Of a stretch of DNA of 64,000 nucleotides, positions 14,211 through 30,339 are shown piece by piece (position 1 is the stretch's first letter; each line of letters starts with the position of its first letter). Below the pieces are notes generated by a model. The model saw only the letters and a list, made by a program, of their open reading frames with translations. It ran no database searches and was not told the origin of the DNA. The position numbers and the translations under genes are program-made. Origin of the DNA: Octopus sinensis (Eukaryota); the NCBI RefSeq assembly GCF_006345805.1, contig NC_043016.1:558001-622000 (forward strand), in the 5' to 3' direction.

Positions 14211-14904
14211 TCCAATGACAATAATAATAACAATGCTTTCTGCATTTAACACAAAGGATTGATAAAAGCTGAAGAGGATAAAAGGTTGATGCAACGTGGG
14301 ATTAGATAAAAAGTGTAAACAACGGAAACAAAAATAAAAAAAGGGAAAATATCCTTAAAATAAAGGAGACTTTCAGAGTTACTAAAGCAAATTTCTCCTC
14401 CTGACTACGGGACCATTCTCAGAATACGCTCAATCATTTGGTTTATGTTCACCACTCTCATCTAACTTTCAACAAATTTGCTGAAAGGCAGTACACTGCT
14501 TTACACCCTCACTTCTGAAAAAAATTAATGAGGGTTTAGTCAAAGAGGAAAGTACCATTTCCTGGTACCATTTCAGTTTTATCCATGGCCACGAGAGAGA
14601 TAAACACTGCCTACTCCTTCTCGGTAAAAGGAAAGAAACGAAACAGGCACAAGTCCAGCGAGGTGAGTCCGTATCTATTTCTTTCACACTTTGACTGGTG
14701 GTACTCAATGTACGACTCTCACGAAGTATCAAAAATGAAAATTGACTACACCTCAACTGGATTTCAATTCAGATTTTAAATGATTGGAACAAATAATGGA
14801 AGACATTTTTCCGAGACTCTAACGATTCTGTTAAACCAATGCTGTACCATAACTGTTTCTGATTCTGTTAAAATTGATGGTACAATGCCATCAATTTTTG
14901 GGAG

Positions 14905-15035
14905 ACACTTCAGTCGATTACATCGACCCCAGTGCTCGACTGGTACCTATTTTATAGTCCTCGAAAAGATAAAAGCGAAGTCGACCCCGGTGTTTTAACT
15001 GAGAGCAAAAAGTCGGAAGAAACGCCGATAAGCAC
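14905..15035 (-). mobile_element. Family A SINE fragment
   Basis: agtcgattacatcgaccccagtgctcgactggtac core. Confidence 0.7.
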
Positions 15036-15047
15036 TGTTAACGGAGT

Positions 15048-15358
15048 TGTTGTGTTTGTTCCTTCTCGAGCCATGCGTCGGCCATAAGGACCGGTTTCCC
15101 GGTTTCTTGGCGTATAGGTTCCCCACCTGGACGGGACGCCGGTCCATCGCAGGTGAGCTGCAAGATACAAGAAGAAAGAGTGAGAGAAAGTTGTGGCAAA
15201 AGAGTCAGCAGAAGTTCACCATTACCTTCTGCCAGAGCCGCGTGGAGCTTAGAAGTTTCACTCATAAACACACACATCGTCCGGTCTGAGATTCGAACCC
15301 GCGATCCCTCGACCGCAAGTTCGCTGCTCCAACCACTAGGCCATGTGCCTCCACACTT
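15048..15358 (-). mobile_element. tRNA-derived SINE family D (V-domain-like), 10-bp TSD
   Basis: A-box tggcctagtgg, B-box ggttcgaatct; cctgcgatggaccggcgtcccgtccagg resembles the V-SINE domain; TSD ttaacggagt at 15038-15047 and 15359-15368. Confidence 0.9.
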
Positions 15359-16371
15359 TTAACGGAGTGGTAACTATTATGTCAGCTAGCCGCCTTAGAT
15401 ATAGTAATAACAGTAACCATCTCCTCTATATAGACTCCCTACCATATTTACGGACAAGATACAATGTCCGTCTTGCCTATCTAGATGTCCTATGAAGATT
15501 TGTTCATGAATCCTAGACGGAAAAAAAAAAAGGAAATCTAATAGTGTAATTGGAAAATTGATTTTAAAATGTAGAATATTAATTTTGACATACCTACAGA
15601 AATCAAATAACCCGATGCAGAAAAAAAAAATCTTACAACTAGAAAGTAATAGATTAAAGGAATAAAATAAAAATCTAGAAATGAAGAAGCCCAACAACTG
15701 TTCCTACAGAATTGTTACACTTATCACATAAAAAGAACTCAATGGAAATAAGATAATAGGTATTAATACGCTAGCCGCTCCAATTGTAATTCTACAGCTT
15801 CAATATAATAAAGTGACAGGCAAGTAAATTGTGTATTAACTGTATTCCGAAGCCACCATTATGATGCTGATGTAGAAAATATATATTTATCCTACAAATA
15901 ATGTCGACGAGCTTGATACACATAGAGGACACATACAAAATATTGACATAGGGACTGCAAAATTGCTGGAAATATTAAAACAGAAATATTAATAACACGC
16001 CGCGAAGAAAAACAAATTTGGTTTAGTTATTAACTGGTGCACCAGCACAATGTAAAATTTTCGAAAAATAGTCGCAATATCTTTACTAAACTTATTTTTA
16101 GCTTCATTACGAAAATAACCACTATGGCTAAACAACGGGAGCAGCCAGGGAGAGAAAGATCGTGTCGCAAATAAATATTTTCACCTTTCGTTAATTTCAT
16201 CAACGGAACTCAGGTAACTCTGATCTAATCTGGTCTTCATTTCCATTATCTCGAAATTAGTGACCACCACGTTCTCCCATCAATAAAGGTAGAACAAGAG
16301 AGCCCCCGAGATGGCTCGAACGTTAGTATAATAATCCAATTAATCCTTTACAATTCAACCACGGAGTGTAT

Positions 16372-16374
<3 letters not shown>

Positions 16375-16465
<91 letters not shown>
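16375..16465. repeat. (GA)n microsatellite, about 45 units
   Basis: Directly visible. Confidence 0.95.
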
Positions 16466-16467
<2 letters not shown>

Positions 16468-16571
16468 TTACAATATTTATTAAATATGTGATTTTAATTA
16501 TATATGTGTCATGATAGAAACTCTCGGCTTGCTTTTGGGTTATATTTGCAAATTTTCCACAGAGTATTGAT

Positions 16572-16975
16572 GCAGGCACAGTTGTAAGGTAAGAAGATTG
16601 CTTCCCATGGATCCGGTTTCAGTCTCACTGCGTAGCGCCTTGGACAAGTGTTTTATACTATAGCCTCGGGCCGACCAAAGCCGCGTAAGTGGACTTGGTA
16701 CACAGAAACTGAAAGGAGCCCGGCGTATACACATATATATCTATGTGTGTGTCTTTACGTCTGCATTTGTCCCCCACCACCACTTGACAACCGGTTTTGA
16801 TATGTTTAGCCCCCTCCCATACGTTAGCGGTTCAGCAAAAGAAACTGATATTTTAAGTACCAGGTTTAAAAAAAAACAAATTAATCATGGGGTCGATTCG
16901 TTCGACAAAACTCTTCAGGCTGGTTCCTCAGCATGGCTGCTGTCAAATGACTGAAATAAGTAAAGAGAAGAAGAA
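16572..16975 (+). mobile_element. Family B CORE-like SINE, diverged
   Basis: gcgccttggacaagtg, ccgaccaaagcc, tail gactgaaataagtaaagag. Confidence 0.85.
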
Positions 16976-18076
16976 TATAATCACACACGCATACCACACA
17001 CACACACACACACACATGCACACCACACACATACCTATACACACAGAAACAACACATGCACACACATACACATACACACACACACATACACACATACACA
17101 CACTAATCCAAACTACCCTTGCTGGAAGATTCCGCTCCAAATGTTGAGCTTCAATACCAATGTTTTATGACGTGGAAATCAATCGCTTCCCTTAAAGAAG
17201 GGGATATTGCGTTTTAAATGGAGACAAAATAATATCGTGTCAGTTGTGAAAGTATCTCTATTACAATGTAAATTTTATGTTTCCCTACGTTCCATTCTCA
17301 AGACTTGGATTAACCAAAGAACTGTCAGATTCTGGAACCATCATAAATATTTTAAACTAGTATAACGCTGATTTGAATGCATATATACACACATACATAC
17401 ATCTATATAACACACACACATGTATATATTTACATATATATATAAAACACAAACATTCACACACACATACGCACATATATAAATGTAAATGTAAGTATAT
17501 ATTTATGTGTATATGTTTCTCTCAATAGATGCATATATGTAAATGTATATATATATAAATCTCTCTCTCCCTCTACATATATATATGTAAATCTGTCGGA
17601 ATAACACGTTGGAAATTTGTTGAAGTATATACATGAAAATAAATACACGTTCTATTATTCTTTTTCTCCGGATATGTAGCAAGATTCTTCGCGGAAATAT
17701 GTATATAGATTCATACATTCGTACTTCACGTTTACTACCACGTGCTAAATTATGCACTGTGTCGAACAGAGCTTATATTTACATACAGTGGAGTTGTTAA
17801 TACTTTTTAAACCGCTGGCATTTGCTGATACAAGTCGAAAATGAGACAAAGCCAAAAAAAAGAAAACGAAGATGGAACAACAAAAAATAACCCCCAAATC
17901 AAAATAACCTTCCTCGCCAATTCTTTCTCAGATGTGTACTATCTCTACAACTGAATTCGTCCACCTTTCAATACTAAGTATTAGTGACGGATTTCAGGAA
18001 TAAATATTTCGCGGTTATAGCAAGAATGTTTCCTCTCGGAAGATTTAAGGGAGGGCTCAAATTTGAGAATGTTTAC

Positions 18077-18118
<42 letters not shown>

Positions 18119-18831
18119 CATATATACAGACAAGTATGTATATTTATATATGTATATAAGGATGTATGTATGTTTATCAAAGGCAAAAATAGATAAAGGG
18201 TTTATGTGAAATAATGTGTAAGCTCTCTGTGCAGAAAACAGACCAGGCTAATAAAATCAAAGTGAGAAAGATAGAGAAATTTATGCAATCCATAAATTAA
18301 TAAAGCGTCACGAGTCCATTTGGAAATCCAAAGTTTAGTAACCAAGAAAATTGATACGGTGTAACAGAGGGCCATACAAAAGGTGCAAAGTTAATGGATG
18401 TTTAAACGTTTCATTTCAGCTTACATGTATTTCCGATAGGGTTGGAGAATCATAGCAGCCTAAGATAATAATCAGATTTATTAATCAATTCCAAAATCGA
18501 TCAGCTGAATAGAGCAGAGAACGTACTTGCTCCATTTATCTTCTTTAGAATTTAATGATACTGGTTACAAGCGAGTATAGTTAAACGAAATAGAAGTAGA
18601 AACTAGGTCAGCTATATTAAGCGTGTATTCGGCCATTATTTGATCGGTTAGTCCAGTGATCTCAATCAGGGATCCATAAGATCCATGAGAGTCCAGATAA
18701 GATTTTGTTGTTAAAATTTATGTAAAATAGATTGGTTATAATTCAAGAATATACAAAATATTTTGATTTTTTAAAATACAATTCCTGGATGGCTTTATAA
18801 CTTCTGAAATTACAGAAGAATTTGTCGGTCG

Positions 18832-18925
18832 GCAGTTTAGCTTAAAAGTAGAGCACTCTGACCGGATATTAAATGGATGTGAGTTCGATCCACATGGCTG
18901 GTTGCCAACGAATTTTTCTGCTCTT
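18832..18925 (+). pseudogene. tRNA-like remnant (A- and B-box), probably a degenerate short SINE or tRNA pseudogene
   Basis: tagcttaaaagtagagc (A-box-like) and gagttcgatcc (B-box); cloverleaf not intact. Confidence 0.5.
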
Positions 18926-18941
18926 AAAGGATTTTATCATA

Positions 18942-19336
18942 TACTAGCAGTATCATCCGGCGTTTCTCGGGTTTGTTTCGACCCTTTAGAATTGAAACTT
19001 TTGAAAAGTAAAAATGTTGCATTATGTAGCTTGTTATACTCATTAAGTGAACATTTTTCTGGTTGAAATACACCGAAAAATGGCGACACAGCAGTCAAAA
19101 AATCGTAAAAAAATAGGGATTTTCATAGAAAAAAGCACCTTTTTGATGTAAATAATTTTTGGTGTAAACATCGCCCGATTTGAATTTGTTCTTCTACGAA
19201 TGGAAGAGGAAGCCTTGATCTATCATGCCCTCAATTTTGGTCAACTTGCGCCGTAGGGTCTCAGAGGAGATAGTGTTAGTTGAAGGCTACCAAACCTGCC
19301 ATACACAGACAACTTCAGTTTTATATAGAGAGAGAT
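18942..19336 (+). mobile_element. Non-autonomous Helitron/Helentron-like element
   Basis: Starts TACTAGC with subterminal hairpin ccggcgtttctcggg; ends cacagacaacttcagttttatatag...at; architecture resembles DINE-1/Lep1-type elements. Confidence 0.55.
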
Positions 19337-19769
19337 ATGCTGCTCTATCAGTATTTGGGCTTTGATTGAAAAATTACAATAGGATGCTTTTTACATACAA
19401 TGAATAGGTATGGAGGTCCAGTAGAATAAAATAGAACTCAAAAGAACCCTTAGGTAAAAATGGTTTAGAATCACTGGATTAGAGGGAACACAGGCTCAGA
19501 TACAAATAAGCATAAAAGCTCTTATCTGACCAAGAATGAACTGAAATTTGATATCCTGCTATTTCGTTCAAGGTTGTGGCAAATATCGTATAGAGCATAT
19601 TCAGATATCTATTAATTGCTGAAGAATTAGTAGCGACAAAGATGTTATTTATATCAGGATGTAAATAAATTCTCAATCATTAAACCGGACCTTAAAAATA
19701 GCAAATTGAAGACCGGCGGAACTATTTATAACAAAGACAGTAATATATTGTTCAACACAAAGTAAAATG

Positions 19770-20440
19770 TATGTATGTATGTAAGTATGTAAGTATGTAT
19801 GTATGCATGTATGTATGCATGTATGTATGTATGTGTGTATGTATGTATGTACGTATGAATGTATGTATGTATGTGTGTATGTATATATGTATGTATGTAT
19901 GTATGTGTGTATGTATGTATGTGTGTATGTATGTATGTGTGTGTATGTATGTATGTATGTATGTATGTGTGTATGTATGTATTATGTATGTATGTTTGTA
20001 TGTATGTATGTGTGTATGTATGTATTATATATGTATGTATTATGTATGTATGTATGTACGTATGTATATATATGTATTATGTATGTATGTAATATGTTTG
20101 TATGTATTATGTATGTATGTATGTATTTATATGTGTATGTATTTATGTGTGTATGTATGTACGTATATGTGTATATATATAGTGTATATATACACCCCCC
20201 CACACACAAACACACACACATATATATGTACATATATGTATGTACGTGTATATACATATCTATAGTGTATATATCCACACATATATACGCATGTATATAT
20301 ATGTATATACATAATATATAAAATATATATATATATATTTACATATATACATATATATTTATTATATATATATATATATATATAATATATAAGCACACAT
20401 ATATAAATATACATATGTATGTATATTTGTTGTATCATCT
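19770..20440. repeat. (ATGT)n / TA compound microsatellite
   Basis: Directly visible. Confidence 0.95.
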
Positions 20441-20706
20441 TATCACAGAGAAATTTAATTATTCTACTTCATTGAACCAATTGTTAAAATCTTTCACGAA
20501 GAAATATCGTTATATCTACAAAATACTTAAACCTAGCACTTGTATTACTCCGAATAACAACCTATCTGTTCACATGGGTGTATGCTAAACACAGCGACAA
20601 ATATAAGTAAATGTCACTCATATTTCTGAACATACACACACAGATACACATACACACATACACAACACATACAAACGGGCACACACATATGTAGATGTAT
20701 ATATAA

Positions 20707-20745
<39 letters not shown>

Positions 20746-20929
20746 TATATATACAGACACACGCATGCATATATCTATATATACATACAGATTTAACACC
20801 CACACACATCACCACATATTGTTTGTTTTATCACATAGTTTATCTTAAATTCCCTCTCCAATCTCCCCATCAAATTTTCCATTAGAAATTTACTGATCAG
20901 AATGATAAAAACAATTAATAAATAGGAAC

Positions 20930-22460
<1,531 letters not shown>

Positions 22461-22645
22461 GCATTATGTTCGCATTATTAATACATTCAGCGAACATTCT
22501 GATTAGTGGTTTTTAAAATTAGTTGTCTTTTTCTTTTCTTCTTTAGGAATATTAATGCATTTTAAAACAACAATAAATATAATAATAAAAGCTACAGCAA
22601 TAAAAAAAAGAAAACAATGAAAGTATAACAACAGTAATACTGCAT

Positions 22646-22698
<53 letters not shown>

Positions 22699-22781
22699 GT
22701 CACAAAACTGAAATTTATGATAATATAGTTTTGTCCTTATACATGATTTTGCTCTTATCATTATTATTATTATTATTATTA

Positions 22782-22818
<37 letters not shown>

Positions 22819-23914
22819 GTTATTATTATTATTATTGTTGTTGTTTTTGTTGTTGTCATTGTTGTTGTTGTTATTATTATTATTATTATTATATTTATTG
22901 TTGTTATTGTTGTTATTATTATAACATTAATAATAAATACATTTAAAGCAGTTCATGTAAAACAACCGAAAATTAGCCCTGTCTTTGTATTTGTGATTTT
23001 AAATATAACGGAGACAATCTATTAACCGTTCTCTCAAGAGGTGTGATTTACCACACATGAAAGGAACCGATAATTGTTCTAGCAATTTCATTGTTTTCTA
23101 ATCAGAAAAATATTTGAAATTACTGTTAATAATTTGCAATCACTTTTTAACAAAAACGTTCCTTGATTAAATACAGATTCTGCTCATCTACCAATGTGTC
23201 ATGATATAGATGCTCCAGTATTGCTGTGTATCGTTATAAATGTGAATAAGAAAAAAAAATATTATGTAGGAATATGTGAATGTGCATAAAGCACTCTTTC
23301 TCGCTTTCTCATACACATTTACACACAGACGCAGACACACAGGCACACACACATACGCACATGTATACACACACATCCACGGAAATGTATTATCTGGAAT
23401 TGTTGATTTGTTTGTGGGAAACAACTAATCATTCATTCACTGGAAGTGATGCTCTCAGCATGTTGTAGAGCAAGCTTTATTGATAAATATATATGTGTGT
23501 GTGTGTGTGTGTTTAATAATAGGAGGGATGTGAACATCCAGGCAGATAACAGTTTTCACAATGTAAATGTCAAGGCCAGTTTCTTCAAATGGTTGACTTA
23601 AAGGTATATTCTTAAAAACTACCATCCGATGTCACGGTTTATTTCCTGGCTATACTAGTTATAAGGAAAACGACGAATCTGAACATCCAGATTTTCCGTT
23701 TTGTTTATTCATAGTAATTGTCCAACACGTGTTTCGATCATATCAATTGCAAATTGCTGCATATTTCTATGCATGGATTTATGAATAATCTGTACGATCT
23801 CTTCGGGGTGAAAATATGTCATTGTACAAGGGGTAATTCTCACCGTTATTAGTTTAAATCAGACTTGGTAGTAGTAATAGTAAACCATGTTGTTCAATGA
23901 TGTTCAACTCAACG

Positions 23915-23946
<32 letters not shown>

Positions 23947-23964
23947 ATATATATATTATATACA

Positions 23965-26900
23965 TGATTAATTGATTGATTGATTGATTCTAGTTTCAGC
24001 TTATGAGCTGTGGCCATGCTGGGGCACCGCCATTTGTGTTGCTACTTGGTTCACTTCATGGAGGCTTTCTAGCAACTGCTATTTGGTGCATGAGAGAGTT
24101 CGATGCAGCTGCCCTCATCTGCCCCTCCTGCCGTGAAGTTGGTTCATCTGGGACACCTGACAGGAAGAGATCCAGCTTCATTTTAAAGACATCTGTATCC
24201 ACCCCATGCAGGTCTCTCAGGTTCTTCGGGAGGATATTGAAGAGCTGTGGGCCTCGGAAGCCCAGGCTATCACAGAATCTTGTCCTACATCTTGATGGCA
24301 GGTTTGGAGTCCTAGGCACCACGCAGTGGCGCCCAGTTCTGGCATTTGCGTAACTCTCGATGCCAAAGTTCAGGACACTTCCCTCCAGGATCTTCCAGAT
24401 GTATATTATGGCATATCTTTCCCGCCTACGCTCCAGGGAATATAATTTTAATCTCTTGAGTCTTTCCCAGTAGCTTACATTCTGCATAGAGGCTATCTTC
24501 TTCGTGTAGCTTCGTTGGATCGCCTCAAGTTCTGTGATCAACTTGACACTGGATGGTGACCATAGCTGAGAGCAAATAGTCAAAGTGGCTTAGGACAAGT
24601 GTCTTCCAGAGGACCATCATGGTATCTTGTTCTCTTGTTCTAAAGGTTCTAAGAATCCATCCAGCCAGCCGTCTACATTTCATTGTCAGTTTAGCAACAT
24701 GTACATGAAAGGTCGCGTCATCACTCATGTGAATACCCAGGTCACGCACTGATTGTGCCTCTGGGATTGCAATCTCTCCGGGTCCAGTGTATTCATTGGG
24801 TATTGCATTCAGTTTTGCATGCTGATAGTATAAAGCTTGAAACTTTCCAGCATTGAACTGCATGCTATTCTTTTCAGCCCACTTGTATATTTCGTCCAGC
24901 TCACATTGCAGGTGTTTAGTGTCCTCGGGGTTCTGTATTGCCTGTGAAACTTTTGTATCATCTGCATAACTTGTGATCGTGGCTCTCTGCGTGGCTGAGG
25001 GCATGTCTGAGAGGGCCATTATGAACAGTAGTGGTCCCAGAACAGTGCCCTGCGGAACACCGCTCACTATTTGTGTGTTAATGGAGGTGGCCCCATTGGC
25101 TACTACCACCTGACTTCTATCCTTCAGAAAGTCATGAAGCCATTCTCCCAGTTTTCCAACTATGTTGAGATCACGCAGTTTGTGACATATCATTCCATGA
25201 TCGACTTTATCAAAGGCCTTTGCAAAGTCGAGATATATCACTTTCACATTTGAGTGGTGAGCAGCCGTTTCAGCACCCAGTCATAGTGTTGTAGGAGCTG
25301 AGTTAAACAGCTTCTCCCTGGTCGGAAACCATGTTGGGTGTCGAGCAGCAAGTCATTCTCTTCAAGGAAGGTGATCAGCTTCCTTCTGACTATTCGTTCC
25401 ATGACCTTGCTGATGTTGAGGTCAGAGAGATAGGTCTATAGTTCTTGGCTCCGCTCTGCTACCTCCTTTATGAATGGGGCATATTTTACCTTCCTTCAGT
25501 TTTCCTGGAAGTTTGCCAGCTGCAAGGAAGCTCTGAAAGAGGAACTGCAGTGGTCTTGCTAGGACTCTCTTACATGCTTTTAGGAGGATTGCCGGGAATC
25601 CATCGGGGCCGTAGCTGAGTCTGTTTTCATTTCATCTATAGCCTTGGTTACATCGTCTTCCTTATATCGATGTAATCTATCGTCGCCGCCTCTGATTTTA
25701 TATCTGCAGTGGTAAAAAAGTCAGTTGGATTGGTGATTTGGAGATGCCCAAGGGGTGGAGTGAAAACACTCTTGAATTGCTCATTCAGTATTTCACTTAC
25801 CCTCATTGGTTTTCTGTAAGTGTGCCATCCTTTTCGAGGAGTGGCCCTATTCTACAGTGCACTGTAGCTGTTTCTTTGGCATACCTGTAGAAAGCTCTGG
25901 GGTTAGATTTTATGTTTTCTATAGCCCAGGCTTCTTTGTCTGCTCTTTCTTTTTCATGGGAGAGTTGCAGACATTTTTCGATTCCAACAGTTTTATTTTT
26001 AGGCGGGACTTTTCACTGCTTTCAATCTGTGTTTAGGCGATTTGAAAATTTCGTACGCCGTCTCATTAAAATTTTCCTCTCTCTGGGGATTTTGTCTTGT
26101 GTACAGTGGCCTTTCTCTCTGGGACACATTTGTAGCATATGGCTTGCATTACAGACATGAATTGTTGAAGTTTCACGTCGATGTCTGGCGAGGAGAGACA
26201 TTTAGGCCAGTTTTTTGAGGATCTCTTTCTCAATTTGTTTCCAGTTTGCCTTATGGTAGTTCAAGCTGGAAAGATTTTGAGGGTTTCTTGTAGGCTGCAT
26301 GTCCGTGCTCTCTTTTGGCCGTACATGGTCAGCTCTATCATGTTGTGATCCGAGAGTAGTGTCGGTGTCACTTTCACATTATGGATGAGATCCATGTCAT
26401 TTGTGAAGCAGAGATCCAGTGTGTTACCTGCCCTGGTTGGTTGGAGTATTACCTGCTCCATGTACAGGGTGTTGATGAGGTCAGGAGGGACCTCGCCTGT
26501 CCTCGTTCACATCTTGTCATTCCTGGGAGAGAAAGGCCCTCGGGCCATCTGACATTGGGCAGATTGAAGTCTCCCATAAGAAGCACACCTATGTGCTGTT
26601 CTAAGTGGTAGAATTTCTTCTATTTTTATAAGGCAGTCTTCAAACTTGCCACATGGCTTGGGGCATCTGGAGGGCGATATGTAGCACACACAACTACATC
26701 AAGTTGCCTAATATGTACAATTAGTGTGTCACACACCGAGTTTGAGTATGACAAGAGGACCTGGGTGTGAGGTCCTCACGGATGTACATAGCAACACCTC
26801 CATGACTCCTTTCTTTCCTGTCGGTCCGTAGTACAGCATAATGTGGTATGTGTAACTCCGCATCTGCTATGTCCGGTTTCAGGTGCGTTTCCGTAAGTGC

Positions 26901-27065
26901 TATGCATAAGGCTTGATTGCATGCAACAAAGTCTCTCAGGAACGGGATTTTTGTCCTGTTACTGAGTGTTTGCAGTCCTCTGATGTTCAGTAGGAGCATC
27001 GAGGTGAGGTGTACGTTGTTGCCGGCGGTGTCCATCCTGTGTCTGTTTGCTGTGGTGGTCTGGTA
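23965..27065 (-). mobile_element. CR1-group LINE: near-complete APE-RT ORF2 (frameshifted), 3' UTR and (ATCA)n tail
   Basis: APE LLLNIRGLQ...LTETHL...GGVAMYI, TRAGNTLDL, SDHNMI; RT IYLDFAKAFDKVDH, GVPQGTVLGPLLF, YADD; C-terminal LKLYSLERRRERY; both ends flanked by (TA)n. Confidence 0.92.
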
Positions 27066-27074
27066 TATAGTGGG

Positions 27075-27139
<65 letters not shown>

Positions 27140-27168
27140 TGTGGTGTGTTGTGTGTGTGTGTGTGTGT

Positions 27169-27471
27169 GGAGGCGCAAAGGCCCAGTGGTTAGGGCAGCA
27201 GACTCGCGGTTGTAGGATCGCGGTTTCGATTCCCAGACCTGGCGTTGTGAGTGTTTATTGAACGAAAAACACCTAAAGCTCCACGAGGCTCCGGCAGGGG
27301 CTTGTGCCGATCCCTGCTGTACTCTTTCGTCACAACTTTCCCTCACTCTTTCTTCTGTTTGCCTGCTCGCTTAGCCACCGGGGTAGCGTCATTTGAAGGC
27401 TAAAACAATGCGAAGTACATTGTGACCAGCGATGTGCAGCAACATTTGATAACCTGGTCGGTCACGGTGAT
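27169..27471 (+). mobile_element. tRNA-derived SINE family C (tail type i)
   Basis: Head ggaggcgcaaaggcccagtggttagggc...ggtttcgattccc; tail cctggtcggtcacggtga(ta)n; second copy at 49301-49590. Confidence 0.9.
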
Positions 27472-27478
27472 ATATATG

Positions 27479-27509
<31 letters not shown>

Positions 27510-28064
27510 TATATATATATTATATATATATATATTATATATATATATATGTATATGATTTAAATGAATTATGTAACGTAACGTGGTATTGGCATGGGTG
27601 TGTGACCTTGAGGAGTAGATGGAAAAAGCAAGAGGGAGAAGACGGTCGGTGATGTGTATTTTGGAGAGATTAGAGCGAATGGTGGCACGCATAAGGCGGT
27701 AGGATGTGGGGAGAGTTGGAGAGACGGGGTCGAGTGAAGGTAAGAGAGCGTATCAGGGAGGGAGAGGAGTAGTGGAGAAGTTGGGGTAGTGGCATCGGGT
27801 GTGATGGAATGGAGGAGTGAGCGCTGTCTGTAATCACTAGTTATCAAATTTAACGAAAGCAGCATCAACACCATATGCATAGTTATTTATTCTTTAATAT
27901 ATATTTTTTACTTATATTTTTGAATTCAAAATTATTTTCTAAAATTTTTATATTTTTTAAATTTAGAAATATATTTATTTGTTTATTAAAAAAAATTTGA
28001 ATTGTAAAAATTTAATACTTTATAGTTTCTTCCTTCTTTTTTATGTGTACATATATATTGTTTC

Positions 28065-29480
<1,416 letters not shown>

Positions 29481-29608
29481 GTAAAAATAAGAGCATCGTA
29501 ACAAACCGTAGCACTACCCAGTGCACAGAGAGCTGCGCTCGGTGGTGCTGTGAAAGTACGTGATAAAAATAAGACTACTGGGTAGTAGTAGTAGTAGTAG
29601 TAGTAGTA

Positions 29609-29668
<60 letters not shown>

Positions 29669-29671
<3 letters not shown>

Positions 29672-30320
29672 TAATTTCTCGAAAGTAACGTTTACCCCAC
29701 GAGGTATATTCTCATTTTCTACACTCTAATTCATTGTTCACTCTCTCTCCGCCTCTCTATCCTTCTCTTTCTAACTCTTTCTATCTCTCTTTGCCCCTGT
29801 CCTCTCCCTTTCTGCAAAGCACCAGTTCTAGTTGCTAACTAAAAAGAAGCTGGGTATTTATTTACGAGCAAAACTGTCCCAATCAAAATACCGTAAGCTA
29901 TGATCTTAATATGATAATACAAAGATATATCTAAAAAATATATGACATGTCTCTACAACCTTTAATTTATTTAATGGATTGCTGTGTTTTAGATGTAGAA
30001 TAGAACTTAATTGCCCCGTCCTCGAATTTAATTAATTTCTTGAAAGTAACGTTTACCCTACGAGGTAAATTCTCATTTCCTCACTCTCTAATTCATTCCT
30101 CGCCTTCTATTCCTTTCCTTCTCTCCTTCTTTCTTTCTCTTTCTTTCTCTCTGCCTCTCCCATTCTGCAAAACACAAGTTTTAGTTGCTACTAAAAAGAA
30201 ACCGGTTGTTTATTTATAACCAAGAGACCCACAGTCAAAATACCGTAATCTGCGATCTTAATATAATACAAAGACATATCTAAAAATATATGACACGTTT
30301 TTGCAACTTCTAATTTATTT
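29669..30320. repeat. Diverged tandem duplication, period about 361 bp (29669-29985 / 30030-30320)
   Basis: Shared blocks aattaatttct.gaaagtaacgtttaccc, caaaataccgtaa, tacaaaga.atatctaaaaa. Confidence 0.85.
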
Positions 30321-30339
30321 CTTGACAGAAAACTTTTTT

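Noticed and set aside
18655-18815. Possible hAT-type MITE starting cagtgatctcaatcaggg
   Set aside because: No matching right TIR or TSD was found.
27169-27245. tRNA-like heads of SINE families as tRNA genes
   Set aside because: Acceptor and anticodon stems are degenerate and each continues into a SINE body.
27560-27835. G/purine-rich segment as a G-quadruplex or coding region
   Set aside because: The G-runs are short and irregular and the translation is low complexity.
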